20,000 nt of DNA from Halocafeteria seosinensis. Its lineage: Eukaryota. The position numbers were made by a program, and so were the translations under genes. The stretch lies in NCBI GenBank assembly GCA_001687465.1, contig LVLI01000313.1:52890-72889 (forward strand), read 5' to 3'. The notes beneath the pieces are model-generated. The model did no database searches. It was not told the origin of the DNA and was given only the letters and a program-made list of their open reading frames with translations. Of this stretch, positions 1 to 11,859 are shown one piece after another. Every line of letters begins with the position of its first letter. Position 1 is the stretch's first letter.

Positions 1-375
1 CCTTCAGCCTCAGAATCACCGACCATGACAGGATCATCATCTCCCAGCTACACTCAAACATCGAGCTTGACGTCGACGCCATCCTCTTGGCTGACGATGA
101 CTCACTCTGCCGCTGTAAGTTCGACGGCGACATCTACAGTTACGGGAAGTGTTACTCCAAGTAACACGGGGACTACAACCTCCAGCAATTCTCCTTCAGT
201 CTCAGAATCAGCGAGCATTACGGGGACGTGGTCATCATCTTTCAGCTGCACTGCAACATCGGGTTTGACTTCGTCGATTACGCGAACCCTTACACCAAGT
301 AAAACACAAACTGCAACGTCCAGCAACCCTCCTTCAACTTCAGAATCGTCGGCCACGACGGAATCATCATCTCCG
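1..375 (+). repeat. Degenerate coding tandem repeat in the Ser/Thr-rich region
   Basis: CCTTCA.(C/T).TCAGAATC...TCATCATCT recurs at 1, 193 and 331 (PSxSES...SS). 154-192 resembles 292-330 (TPSNTGTTTSSNS / TPSKTQTATSSNP), giving a 138-nt (46 aa) period for the last two units. Confidence 0.75.
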
Positions 376-1501
376 TCATCGCCACGCAGCTTCACTCCAA
401 TACCCAGCGTCACTCCGACGCCTTCCAAGACAAGTACCTCTACTCCATCATCAAGGAAGCCTGTTGGTCAGTATCGAAAGTTGATCACAATAGTTGCTCA
501 AAGACCAAGGCGCACGGTAATAGGCTGCTGAGAGCTACGAATTGTTACAGGAAGACAGGCCATCTATGCCGACCATGTCTCCGGAACGTCGGCTCCAATG
601 TCACTACTTCCTAAGAAACTTCAAGAGAAAAAGAGATCTCTGTCCATCAAAACGAGTTTATATATGCTACTTGGTTAAATACATGTACGTGCATGACAGG
701 AACAACACGAGTATAGTACGTGTAGTAGTTGCGCTTCTGATGCTTATTGGTATTGCTCCTGGGGGTACCCACTGCAAGTTATAGTGACACATACGTATGT
801 ACTTGTACAACCGTACAAGTCGTATGTTTGGCCATGCCAGACTCCTCCTCCAGTTACCACCAGTACCAAGTGGAATCGTGTCTTCCTCCTTCTGCGATCT
901 ACCTCCGTGTCTACTTACGTTGTTATCGAAGGCCCCGTCAGCTTCCTGGGCCTTCGGAAATTAATGGCAGTTTCTCGGGTGCTTCAGTACACCGAGCCGT
1001 CTCTTGGGTTTGTGAAGGTGTCAACCGACAGGAAGTGTGCAACTCCAGTAAGAATGACTCTCGCAGTATTGTTGGCAATCACAAATACCAGTGACACTGG
1101 AACACATACATAGAATTTGATAATAGTTAGAAAAGCATTTTGCTTTGCCATTAGTGAGATATTGGTCTCTCCTGTCAGTGACGTAGTTTATTGTGCTCCA
1201 ACTTCAACCTGTCGCAACCGGGATATACCAGGTACAGAGTTTATACGCTTCTGTTTCCAACAACAACAGCATCCAAGTTTCGAGTATAGACCGTCACACT
1301 AGTTGGCCTATCGCTGTTGTAGTGCTCTTTGTAAAACCGAGAGATAAACGAGCAGCTGGGAAACTCCGTCGGGCGAAGTTACAGGCAGCAGCTGGCAGTT
1401 ACTGTACCAGCGGCGCTGACTTTTTGACTTCATTGAGAAGAAGTCAACCGTCGCGCGGACGAAGACAGAAGTTCATTTACACTCGTGTTGATAGCAATTA
1501 A
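1..1501 (+). CDS. 5'-partial Ser/Thr-rich (mucin-like) protein region with a Cys-rich PSI-like motif; exon structure only partly resolved; may be the N-terminus of the downstream PDE
   Basis: Frame 1 is open from base 1 to 528 and is strongly Ser/Thr/Pro-rich. Candidate introns are 517-550 (GTAATA..TTACAG), 656-699 (weak donor, ..TGACAG) and 1048-1113 (GTAAGA..CATAG, phase 0). Exon 700-1047 reads EQHEYSTCSSCASDAYWYCSWGYPLQ... The chain between 1114 and 1548 could not be resolved unambiguously. Confidence 0.5.
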
Positions 1502-1548
1502 CTTGCATATCATTGAACGACGCGAATATTTGGTTCCCGGTGTTTTAG

Positions 1549-3110
1549 GCTCGTGTGGCATTGGACTTGAAGCAGTCAGTGATCATGGTACAATCAGAAA
1601 ATACAATGGTCCGCTTAGGTGGAGGAAACTTCAGAATGATAAAGTCTTCTGATAGACAAAGACATATAAAGATACTAGCATCTACTTCTTCCGAAGCAAA
1701 ATGCTCGACTAAAGGGCACGAGACGTCACGCACAGGCCAGTATGGAGATGGCTTGGTTGTGGTAGGAACTACACCGTCCAGTTGGACGAAGTCAACCTCT
1801 TCGGAGCAGTGTACGCATAAAACAAAGGATAGAATTGAGCTTTGCATTGTTGGAACAGGAATAGCTGCAAGGAGTGGAAGCCGCGTCAGTCACACATTTA
1901 GTCGCTCTCTTTCAAGTTGCTCCTCTACTTCCATAGAGTCACCGATCTCGAGTGATGGAGGAGGACATTCGTCCAGCAATGTCCAGCAGCAAGGACGAAT
2001 TACAATGAAATCACTTGCATCTGAGGACATTAGATCATGGGAATTTGAAATACTAAACAAGAGCCATGCACAGTTGAAGTGCACTGTGAAAACAATTCTC
2101 CGCTTTTGGTCTTTGCCCGAAAATTTTGGTATCTCACCGGACTCTATGGATCGCTTTCTTTCTCTGGTGGAAGGATTATACAACGACCAACCGTACGTAC
2201 CATGGCGAATCATTTCCTTGGTTTACCGGAACATATTTTGACATCTACCATTTGTGCTAGTTGCAGGTTTCACAATTTCAAACACGCTGTGGGCACTATG
2301 CACACTGCCTTCTTGATCCTTCTACGTTCCAAAACGAATTCTTTCTTCACCGACCTGGAATTATTGGCCATTTTGGTCGCTGCCTTATGGTAAGTTAAGC
2401 ACTGCAACCTTTCCATCCGGGTTTTAGCGTGTAACCGAAGTATGTCTCCCATCTGCAGTCACGACATTGACCACCCTGGCCATTCTCAAGCATTTGAAGT
2501 CAACAGCAGTAGCCGACTTGCTCGGGCGTACAACAACACGGATGTTCTGGAACACTATCATGCTGACAAAGCCTTAGAACTGCTAAAAGATAAGGATTTA
2601 GATATTCTGGGAACCCTTTCATCAGAAGAAGCACAACACTTCCGTGAAGTAGTTCGCAGCACGATACTGGGGACTGCAATGTCTCAACATCATACACTCT
2701 TGGAATCGCTGACCTCTAGAAGAACCATGACTTCACTTAAGGAAGAGAATGCGTGCAACATTCCATTCGACAAGCACAATCAAGAGGATAGACTGCAGTT
2801 GGCCAAAATGGTAGTGCATACAGCTGATCTTGCTGGACAGACGACAAATTACCGAACTGCTCAAGGCTGGGGGACTTTAGTCATCGCTGAGTTTTCAAGA
2901 GAAGCTGCAAAGCATGAAGCTAAAGGACTTGAGGCGCCTTCTTTCATGAATAATATTCGGACAAACAAGGATGAAAATAAGTTGCAGGCTTCGTTCATTC
3001 AAGGAATTTGCTTGCCTTTATGGGAAGCCATGAATGTAGCCATTGGAGGTCTCGATGAACCCGTAGAAAATCTAAATCACAATTGCCAAGCATACTTAGC
3101 AGGTTGCTAG
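1549..3110 (+). CDS. Class I 3',5'-cyclic nucleotide phosphodiesterase (PDEase_I catalytic domain); exons 1549-2192, 2267-2389, 2459-3110; 5' end uncertain
   Basis: Removing introns 2193-2266 (GTACGT..TTGCAG) and 2390-2458 (GTAAGT..CTGCAG) joins the hallmark motifs in frame: NDQP-FHNFKHA, AALC-HDIDHPGH, VLEHYH, HTADL and the invariant Gln in LQASFIQGICLPLW. Stop TAG at 3108-3110. There is an acceptor TTTTAG at 1548; the first in-frame ATG is at 1585. Confidence 0.92.
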
Positions 3111-3510
3111 GCTATGAAAGAGAACGACAATCACCAGCATTAATGTCATGAAGCATAATGGAAGCATTGGCCTAGTATCGAAGTAGCGGTCTGACTAGAG
3201 GTGAAATACTGATCACCTTCGGCACATTTCTTCAGTGGTTTCAGTAGCAGCTATCAGGATAGTGTGTCACAAAACTTCAGATATCCCTAACTACTAAATT
3301 AGTAACTAGTAGGGTCCACATTCGGTTGATGAAGTTAAGTACCACCATACAATATTGTATTGTTAGTAGTAGTTTAAAATTCACGAACAATTACCGCACC
3401 AATAAAATGAATTCTTTGAACCAGACAATACAATTTTCAAACTTCCATTTTTTCTTTCACGTTTTCTCCCTGAATCCCGTACGTTGTAAGATAGCTCTGA
3501 GGAAACTCCT

Positions 3511-3540
3511 GAATTTCAATGAAATTCAATAATTTCAATT
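3511..3540. promoter_or_regulatory. Palindromic AT-rich motif GAATTTCA-A-TGAAATTC upstream of the EFR3-like gene
   Basis: Perfect 8-bp inverted repeat with a 1-nt spacer at 3511-3527, followed by AATTTCAA, about 130 nt before ATG 3656. TGAAATTC also occurs at 13208-13215 and 18291-18298. Function is inferred. Confidence 0.3.
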
Positions 3541-3655
3541 CCCCGGGAGTGCAAGCAAAGATTGTCCGGTTCGCATCTCGTTGCTTCATTTGGCCTTTAT
3601 CATGCCACATTATAGATGATAGTGTTGGAGAACCTTACCATAGAATACTAGAATC

Positions 3656-6600
3656 ATGAATACGATATGCTGTTGGGATGGAGGAACAGACTGCTGTCTG
3701 TTCGTCCGATGCCGTCCAGTTGCATGGAAGCGCATTACACGCAACATCTTCCCACCTCGTGGGAAAGGAATTACAGGAAAAGAGAACCATTTAATGCCCC
3801 AAAAGCTGTCTAAACTGCTTCGATATGCGAGCGACAGGGAGGACTCGCTGCCTGACATTGGACGCGAGCTTCAGCGACGAGCGAGACGAGCATTAAGGTC
3901 GAAAGAATATGGGTAAGACCTCAATTCCAGCCGTGATTTGGCCTTCAATTGCATGCTATTCATGCGTTTTCGGGGCTTAAATTTTGGCCTTTGCAGGTAT
4001 GTTCAAGTGGCAATGTTCGCGTACAAGCGGCTCATCATGCTATCCGCGGGTGGCCTCGGAAGCGATTCTCTCAACGCTGACGACTTCGTCCCCACCGTGG
4101 ACCAGAATCGAAAAGCTCCACGAAGAGTGCACAGGACCGTCGATGCGACGCATTTTAGTGTATTCGAAATCTTCGTAGTTCAGGTCATACACGATCTTCT
4201 GCGTCATCCTCACCCATGGATGCGATACCTCGGAGCTGACACGGTTCGTATTATCAACGCCTCGGCTTGATGGATTCATTTGGTAATGTGATCTATGTAA
4301 TGGATTGCAGTTGCATGCGCTACTTGCGTGTAAGGAAAGTCATTCTGATGCTGAGAAATTGGTGCACTCTCTGCTGGACAATCTGAGACAGGATCTGGCG
4401 GAGGCGAAACGGAAAAATCCGCAGTATGGAAGTGGCAGCTCTAGATTCAAGCGTCTATGGGCAGAATGCAACTGCAAGGGGTCCTCTGAGAGCCCTGCCC
4501 AAGAAGAATATGAGTGGACGCTCAAGGCACGATACGCGTCTTTTTGTGCGTTATATACTTCTATACTAAAGGCAGATTCAGGAATGTCCCAAATCCATAT
4601 CCAGCATACCATTCCTTCGATTTTACAAATAATTGAAGATACATGGAAAGAATACAATACCCAATTACGACAATTGGTGCATGAACTAAAAAAGGGAAGG
4701 ACTGCTAATCCGGAGACTATGTTTCTAAGAAGAGAGGCTACCCTTTTACCGCTGGCTAGCCTCGCTCTTTCCCTTTTATCCGGTAATACCGAAAGCGCAC
4801 GTTTTGATGTTCTCATGCGGGAGGTTTTGGATCAATTGGACCGTGAGAAATGGGCAGATCTTAGCTGTGCTCTCCATATCTGCCGCCTTACCGATACCTA
4901 CAATTGGCATGCTTACAAAATGAATAGCTTGGCACTTCTGGAGTTTCCGAAAAACTATAATCGATCCAACTTGTACCAGTTTTGGTCTCAGTACGAAATG
5001 TTCCTGCATGGTCAGGGCGCTCAGGGTGACACCGACGATGAAGGTCATATGTTTAATGGGGTTGAGTTGACTCTGGAAGATCTGCAAATGTCTCTCAACA
5101 GTCACTCGCCTTGCACACAGCAAGTGCGACAGATTGCCCGTGAAACAAATCGAAATGAAAGAGAAGCCAGGGCAACGTCTACGGCAACCTTGGAGAAGTG
5201 GCCCCACACCACTGCCTGGGATGGAGTTCTAGGGATCAACACTGCTTCGTTTAACCGACTGTTGAGGTCTGCGGTCAATAGTAAACGTCCCACCGACTGG
5301 CGAGATGAGCTATCCCGTCCATTCAGGCACCAACTGGGGAAGATCATTCCCCCAGTAGCTGATAAAACCGAGAGCTCTAAACCCGGTAAATCGAAGTGGC
5401 AACGATCGAGCACGGGGTCTCCTTCGTTGCGCTATGGCATCCCTGTATTCGTACATTTACTGCGACACTTGACACACGTAAATGATAAGTGGGAAGTGAA
5501 CGTGGGACAGGATAACGCCTACGAGCCAACAGACCCTGGTGCTTTCGAACGCCAGCTGCATAGTAGCATTACCGTTGAAACTTCAAATCCCAGGAAAGAC
5601 AGACCGGTCACTTCTATTCGAGCATCAGCAACCGCTCAAGATATGAGTGATGCGGAAACTTTTCCACGCAGGAACACCATCTCCCAGCAGATCTCAAGGA
5701 AAGTATCTAGCAGGGAGACGCCGTTAGCTTCGTCTAGTGCCGTTGAAGAGGAAAAGGGACATGGTATTCCAAAGCAAAGGCAAGTAGGCAACTTACTACG
5801 ACGGGGTAGTACTTGGGTTAGCGGTGTCAATGACAAGGAAAGCCGAGATTCTTTAGAAGCGTCTACTAATGAGAATGCTCGGATTACGGAAACAGGTGAA
5901 CCGAAAGCGTGGACCTGGACACATGATAATGACGATGTATCGCATTCTTCATTCGCTCCTAAGATTGAGAACACAACCAAGGGTGCCAGCGCTACAAGGT
6001 GGAGAATTAACACTTTGGAAATTATAACCAGGCTCGTAGTTGAGAGCTTTGCTTTGTGTGAAGATGATGGCGCCAGTCAGTTATCCGAAAGCTGGTTCCA
6101 GGAATCAATGGAGCATCTTATGCCGCATCTGTTGGAGCTTCCTGCGGATGTCGTTATTGTGGGCAACAATAGCGAAATCACCGATAATAACAGTGGTTCA
6201 GTGCCAGACACTGCGTTTATCTGCTTTCTCGCATTTCTTATGCGATGCCATCAGTCCTCTCAGATTAGCAATGTAATCCAGAGTATCAGCGCATGGTCAG
6301 CAGACGTGCAGAATGAAATCCTCGTTCCGCCAGCTGACACTTCGCCGAGTACCTCATTCGGAGTATGTGATAGCGGCAGCTTGTTATCGCCTTCACCGAT
6401 ATTCGACTGCGCTCGTCTGCGAATATTAGATGCACTTCTAGTAGCTTCTCGGTTACGCATGTGTAAAGTGTTTGCAGAACAACTGGAGAGCGGAGGCTCA
6501 CTAGATTCAAAAAAAATCGATAAGTGGGTAAAGCAAGTGGAACGCACCCTCTCTACGGGCGAGGGAACTATGAACACTACCGCTATTGCCAGGCTGATTG

Positions 6601-8954
6601 ATCGCGAATTCGAAATTGCTCAGTGTCCTGAGGCTTTGTTTGATTTAGTTGCTAAGGAGCTGCTCTCGGAGCAACCCTGGCTTAGATTACGAGCGTTGGG
6701 GATTTTGCATGCAAATTGCAGTTCCCCATTTACCTGGTTAGCTCACATGGCGGACACAAATGCAGATGAGGGTAGTATTAGAGGGTCCCGGAATTCTAAT
6801 CCTCCACCACCACCAAAACCATCGGACGAGTCCTCTGCTTCTACCACCTCTTGTGTTGCGGACGACCTATGCTTTAATGTCATCTGCGAAGACGGTGTCG
6901 CTATAAACGCCATCCTCTCGGCCATGAGGAATGGGAAATATGAAGATATGCCCGAAGAAACAGCGACATCTGAAGATCGCGATTCGGTTTCTGCCAACAG
7001 CGAGAACTATTCAAGCAAGATGTTAGAGTTTTACGTGAATAGGCTCGGTCTACGTCTGAGGCCTGCTCCCGCTTCCAATACGAAAGTCGGAGCATCTGAG
7101 GAAATAACGCCGAATTATCCGAATCCATTTTCGTCTAAGGCCTCCAGTGATAGTCCATTGAGCACATACCATTTACATCGGCTGCATATGGCAATCTTTA
7201 ACGCGCTTTGTGCCACTGCAGGGGTGACTATCAGCTTTGATTCTCATAGCGTTTTTTTTGGTGGCCCGGCTAGTGTGATCCCGAAGACTGATCACCCGCT
7301 TCAGATTGTGCGTCGTGTCGTGTCACCTTTGTCTCCAACTAGTGTAGGTACTATTACTGCCATAATGAGAATCGTGGCCTCGTTGTTTAGCACGGTTGGC
7401 TCATTGGAAATTTGGTTTGCCAGCCAGCTGGCCAATCAACTAGAATGTGCCGTGAATACCCTAACTGGAGATGCGTTGCCTGACAAGGCGACCACATGGG
7501 CCATCTCGTTGCTTGAGCAGTACCGAACTAGTTTGATGTGCATGGTGGCTGTTCGTTCTTCTTTGCATACTAGCTCAACTTCGCGTGTACTGGATTCTAA
7601 GCAAGAACCCTCTAATAATCTGTTTTCATCTCTTCTACGCCAGTCACGACGTTACAGCTCTTCTTTAGGATTTCTGTGTGTAGGAGATGAACGCGGTCGT
7701 GGCCTGCAAGAATGGATCGCCAGCGGTGCACCGGCTCCCAGCGATAAGCCAGGACCAGATACTCGCACTGGATATATTCCTATCCTTCAGTTCTCACCAC
7801 TGAATGCAGGTCTGCGTATCCGTCTATTGTCCTGGAACACTCTTCAACGCGTCCAAGAGACTACGTCGACAGTCCCTTCTAGCAGTGTCGTTTCTATACG
7901 TGAATTCTCCTTCGAGCTGTTGCGTAGCCCGTCTTTCCAAACGATTCTTCAGAGAATATCTAAGGATAATCGGAAAACCATTCAGCGGTATTTTCCATTT
8001 TTAAACACAGAATGGCAGATGATTCCAGCGGTAGGGAAAGAGTACGGGCTCGAATACAGTAGCAGCATCTCTAAAGCACTAGAGGCGTATGCCCGTCGAA
8101 CTTCTAAATTGGGCTCGAATGGTAGTATCAGTGGCCTCGCCTATTCTCCCACTAAGACACGTCGTAGTTTACTAGAGGCCCTAACTCGAGCTTCTGAAGA
8201 AGAGCAGTTGCGGGATGACCTGCCCCCGTTATCTTCTTTGATGAAACTCTTTGAACAGGTTGAAGATGCTGATTGTATATACTGGGCCAACCCGATTGCA
8301 GTTTCATCGGCTGAGCAGGTGGAGAAGAGAACTCTTTGTAAATGGGCTCCGCGGTTGGTGAATCTTTTCACGACATATCGAGATTCCTCCCCCGATTTCT
8401 CCGTGTGTGAGATTCTTAGGTCGATGATCTACACTGCTGATGACTGTTCCTCCCTCATTATGCTCATGCTGACCTCGCCTCTGCCCCTTCTGACGCTGCC
8501 GGAAATATTCGAAACTTCAGCAGACCCATCGCACGAGATACGCTCCACGGCGAGCGTGCATTCCGAAAACGCAGTCAACGCGTCACCCATTGAGGGTCTT
8601 GGTGTGGGCGAGTCCAACGACAGAGATGACACCGCCGCATCTGAGCTAGCGGACAACACCCAGGATGAGGATGCCACTTCTGGTAGGGACCAATTTAAGA
8701 GGAAAGACCCGTCAACACTATATGCCGAGGTGGAGGATCCCGAGACTTGGAGTGTCTTTGCCAATAGTCAACCGAAAGTCGAAGTTACGAGAATGTTAAG
8801 TATGGCGACAGTGTCTTCGGACGAAGAATTTCAAGGTAAAAATGAAGAAGAAGAAGTAAGGGAGGAACCGGAAAGCGCGCATCGTATTCCTCGGCCGAAT
8901 ACTCCACCAGGAGAGTGGGTAATGTTTCGTTTGGCCGGAGGGTCTCTAAGATGA
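3656..8954 (+). CDS. EFR3: EFR3-like protein (plasma-membrane adaptor of PI4-kinase III alpha), about 1715 aa; exons 3656-3912, 3997-4243, 4311-8954
   Basis: The N-terminus MNTICCWDGGTDCCLFVRCRPVAWKRITRNIFP...KLSKLLRYA...LPDIGRELQRR...YGYVQVAMFAYKRLI matches the EFR3 pattern (Cys cluster, YKRLVxxIFP, KLxxYA, IGxxLxxR, GYVxIAM). Introns 3913-3996 (GTAAGA..TTGCAG) and 4244-4310 (GTTCGT..TTGCAG) keep the frame into the 1549-aa ORF. Confidence 0.8.
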
Positions 8955-9051
8955 ATATACAACCACTGATTGCACTTTTATACATTAATTATGGGCAACA
9001 TCATTGCTGGAACCACCCAATTCTCGTCTGAAAAATGCAAATAAAATGCAT

Positions 9052-10883
9052 TTATTCTGCGTATTCTGATTCAGGTTCGTAAAAATGGAAGAAGAGAGAC
9101 TGCAAGCATTCAAGAATATGATGGCCACCATTTGGTGGTTTGATTCCCACGGCGAAAAGCAGTTGTAGCACATCATGAGCTAACATTGTATAGCCCAAGC
9201 GGAACTTATCCAGCTGGGTGGATCCTTTCCAGTACAACGGCGCTTCTCGATCCCCTCCCATTACAGAATCAACGATTGTAGATCGAGACGCCATTGGTTG
9301 GGGCATATACCGCAGTGGGACTAGGAGATATTTCGATAGCAACACCACCAAATGTGCAACGTATCCTAAAGCAGTACTAGTGCGCTGCTCTTGTCCAGAA
9401 TCAACATCACCCTTGGTAAGAGGTAGTCCTCGAATAGTGTAAACTACGCCGGGTTCTTTACATTCAATTGGGTAAATCTTCCGCAAGTCCGCTATTAGAT
9501 GTTGCTGCTGTCTCGTGAGCAAGACAGTTACATCCCAGAACCGTCCGTAAGCGTAGTTTAGGCTTTCTTCTTGCAGGAACACACGTTCTCTCATTTCGTT
9601 TAGCGAGTGTCTAGCGTTGGTCAACCTTTCCTGAGTATCGTCGTTCGCCCTCCGTAGATTTTGCAGACTCTTCTCAATGTCCGAAACATCTTCACTGAGG
9701 CTAGCCTTTAACTTTTTCAGCTCTTGTACCCTATTTTTCTTTTTCTCAAGATCACGTTCTTGTTCACCTTTTTGTTCCAAACTCTTTATACTATCATTCA
9801 ATTTGGCAGTCTCCTCTGGCAAATGAGGAGCAGGGAACTCTTCCATATCTTCACCTATCGACGGACGATTACTGCCTACATCATCAATGAACGATTCTCT
9901 GTGATTAGAATGGGTTTTACTCTTGTGCTGAGCGTAATATACTTCAGGGGAACAATTGTGTATGGCCTCAAATGTGTCGCGATCGGCGTATAATCCGTGA
10001 GCCAGTTCGACTAACACGGAGTTCGGTGGAACGTATGCGAACGCTTGCTCGAGCTCGCTCTTTACCTGAGAATGTCCTAGTAGACCAACCGGAGCCGCCC
10101 CCACTCTGTCAATATCCGGTGAAAGATCAAGCGAAAACAGATTCCTTAGGTCAATTTCTCTGTGTACTAAATGGCGAATCTGTGGACGATGGCGCAAAGA
10201 TTTGTAGGTTGCCATCCGCGGTTTCGAATCAGCCACCATTTTCCGGGGAAGTAAAGGCGAAGCTCCGAACCGAAAATTCTCTAGAAAACTGGTTCTGTCA
10301 TCCATTGCAATGTCATGGTGCAGATTTGCCCAATCTTGATCAATTGTCGATGCAGTTTCGGACGCCGATACATGGCCATCCGTGGAGTGCTCCTGTCCTC
10401 CCGTTGCCACATTCTCGGGAGCTCGCTTGTCGTCATTCTCTTTGGGGTTGCTTACCGCAAAGACATCCACAACAAGCTGGGAACTGGTCTCTAATCGGGG
10501 GTCATCTCGGACCAATCTGGAATCCAACGGGGCCCAGGGGGGATTGCAAGTTTTCGACGCCACTTCGCTTCTGTAAAATGGCTCCTCATTCGGATCTGCA
10601 GGGCAAGTACGATAGTTCAGTGGCACTTCTTTCGACCTAGGCGGTCACATATGGTGTACACATACGGCATCGAAGCACGAAAAAGGTGTCTTGAATGCCC
10701 AAATCGGAGGGAAAACAGAGATTTCTGAGGGCCACAGAGACCAGATTCACGACCACTTGGTCCTTCTGCAGGAGCTCCATAGCATTCAAGAGAGATATAT
10801 CCACCTATATTAACAGACATACATCGTCCAAACGGAGAGCAAATACCACTTACAGTGCCTCCAAGATGATGGCCTTCCGACAT
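9052..10883 (-). CDS. UVRAG: UVRAG/Vps38 (class III PI3K complex II subunit), about 570 aa; exons 10883-10854, 10804-10666, 10595-9052
   Basis: Splicing out 10805-10853 (GTAAGT..ATAG) and 10596-10665 (GTATGT..TGCAG) gives a UVRAG-type C2 domain (VSVALRNL...DTFFVLRC...FYRSEVASKTCNPPWAPLD). This is followed by a long coiled coil and the family motif STALGYVAHLVVLLSKYLLVPLRY...SRSTIVD...PLY. Confidence 0.9.
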
Positions 10884-11113
10884 GGTTCAGGTTGAAGATG
10901 GCGTCTCCTCCGAAAACAGCACCATATACACAATCACATGCACGACAAAACGGTAGTACAACATGCAATAAATAATATCGTATCGTTTCTACTGTGTCAA
11001 CTATTGATAAAGTGTGAGTAAAATGGAATCCGGGCCGAGCGCCCGGATTCTGACTGCTTGCAGCTTGCTTGAGAAGAGTTGTACAACTACTGAATGGTTC
11101 TCTGTTTCCCACC

Positions 11114-11859
11114 TTACATTATCAGACACGAAGATTGGCATCCTTCCAATTTGCCTATCTCATACTGCTTCCACATCTTGCGAGCACCATTCGAATGAAA
11201 ATCGAAATCGGTAGTGGAATCACCTCCCGCATGGCGTAAAATGGACCTGACGCCTGCTGGGTGCTCAAATAGCATTGGAGTGACATCATAGACTTTGCCA
11301 TGTGCAACTAGCCAACAATCATGTACACTGCAAGACCAAGGAAGACACAATTAAGTTGGATTACGCCTTCATTCAATCGTTTTCTATGAAACGCTCGCTC
11401 AACTTACGTATTATGTTTGGCCACCTCTTCCATCGTATAAGTTAAGTTCGCATTGCGCCTCTCGCATAGACGCTTCCACTGCCGCTGCTGCCTTAATATA
11501 GGATCTAAAAACTCATGATCTGCAGGATTTCCTTCCGTAGCAACCTGCGTTGGAGTTTCCTCCTTCTCTCCCTCGCTGTATGAATTATCACAGTCAGCGT
11601 CAATGTCGCTGCTCGCGGGCATCGAATTGTTATACTGTACGGATCCAGGGATCTGTGCATTCGACACATCGTCGCCCGGGTCCTCCTCCTCGGGTATCTC
11701 ATAAGGACTGTCTCCCTTGTGCTGCGGGGAATCACCGCCGGGCGCGTGCCCTGTATGGACTTCTTGCTCCATTGCCTCATTCATTTTACTAGCGCAAGTT
11801 TCGCTTCCATTGGTGCTTTCGTTACTTAATGAACTAATCTCCATGCTGGTCTTATCCAT
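11114..11859 (-). CDS. Cytochrome b5-like heme-binding protein with an acidic disordered N-terminus and C-terminal CaaX (CLIM), about 221 aa; exons 11859-11408, 11327-11114
   Basis: Intron 11328-11407 (GTAAGT..TTGCAG) joins YTMEEVAKHNT to VHDCWLVAHGKVYDVTPMLFEHPAG...HAGGDSTTDFDFHS...YEIGKL. Both axial His residues are present. An in-frame TGA lies upstream of ATG 11859, and 11921-11987 is a possible 5'UTR intron. Confidence 0.9.

Noticed and set aside
102..428. Val-rich minus-strand ORF
   Set aside because: Antisense shadow of the Ser/Thr repeat codons.
712..765. SIVRVVVALLMLIGIAPG as the transmembrane helix of the upstream protein
   Set aside because: It overlaps, in another frame, the Cys-rich exon that follows a good acceptor at 699, and its own frame stops at 784, so it cannot be supported.
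4340..8764. Multiple 66-158 aa antisense and out-of-frame ORFs
   Set aside because: All are nested in the large EFR3-like exon and show no motifs.
9972..10640. 222-aa plus-strand ORF
   Set aside because: Antisense to the well-supported UVRAG exon, starts at a non-ATG codon, and has no recognisable domain.
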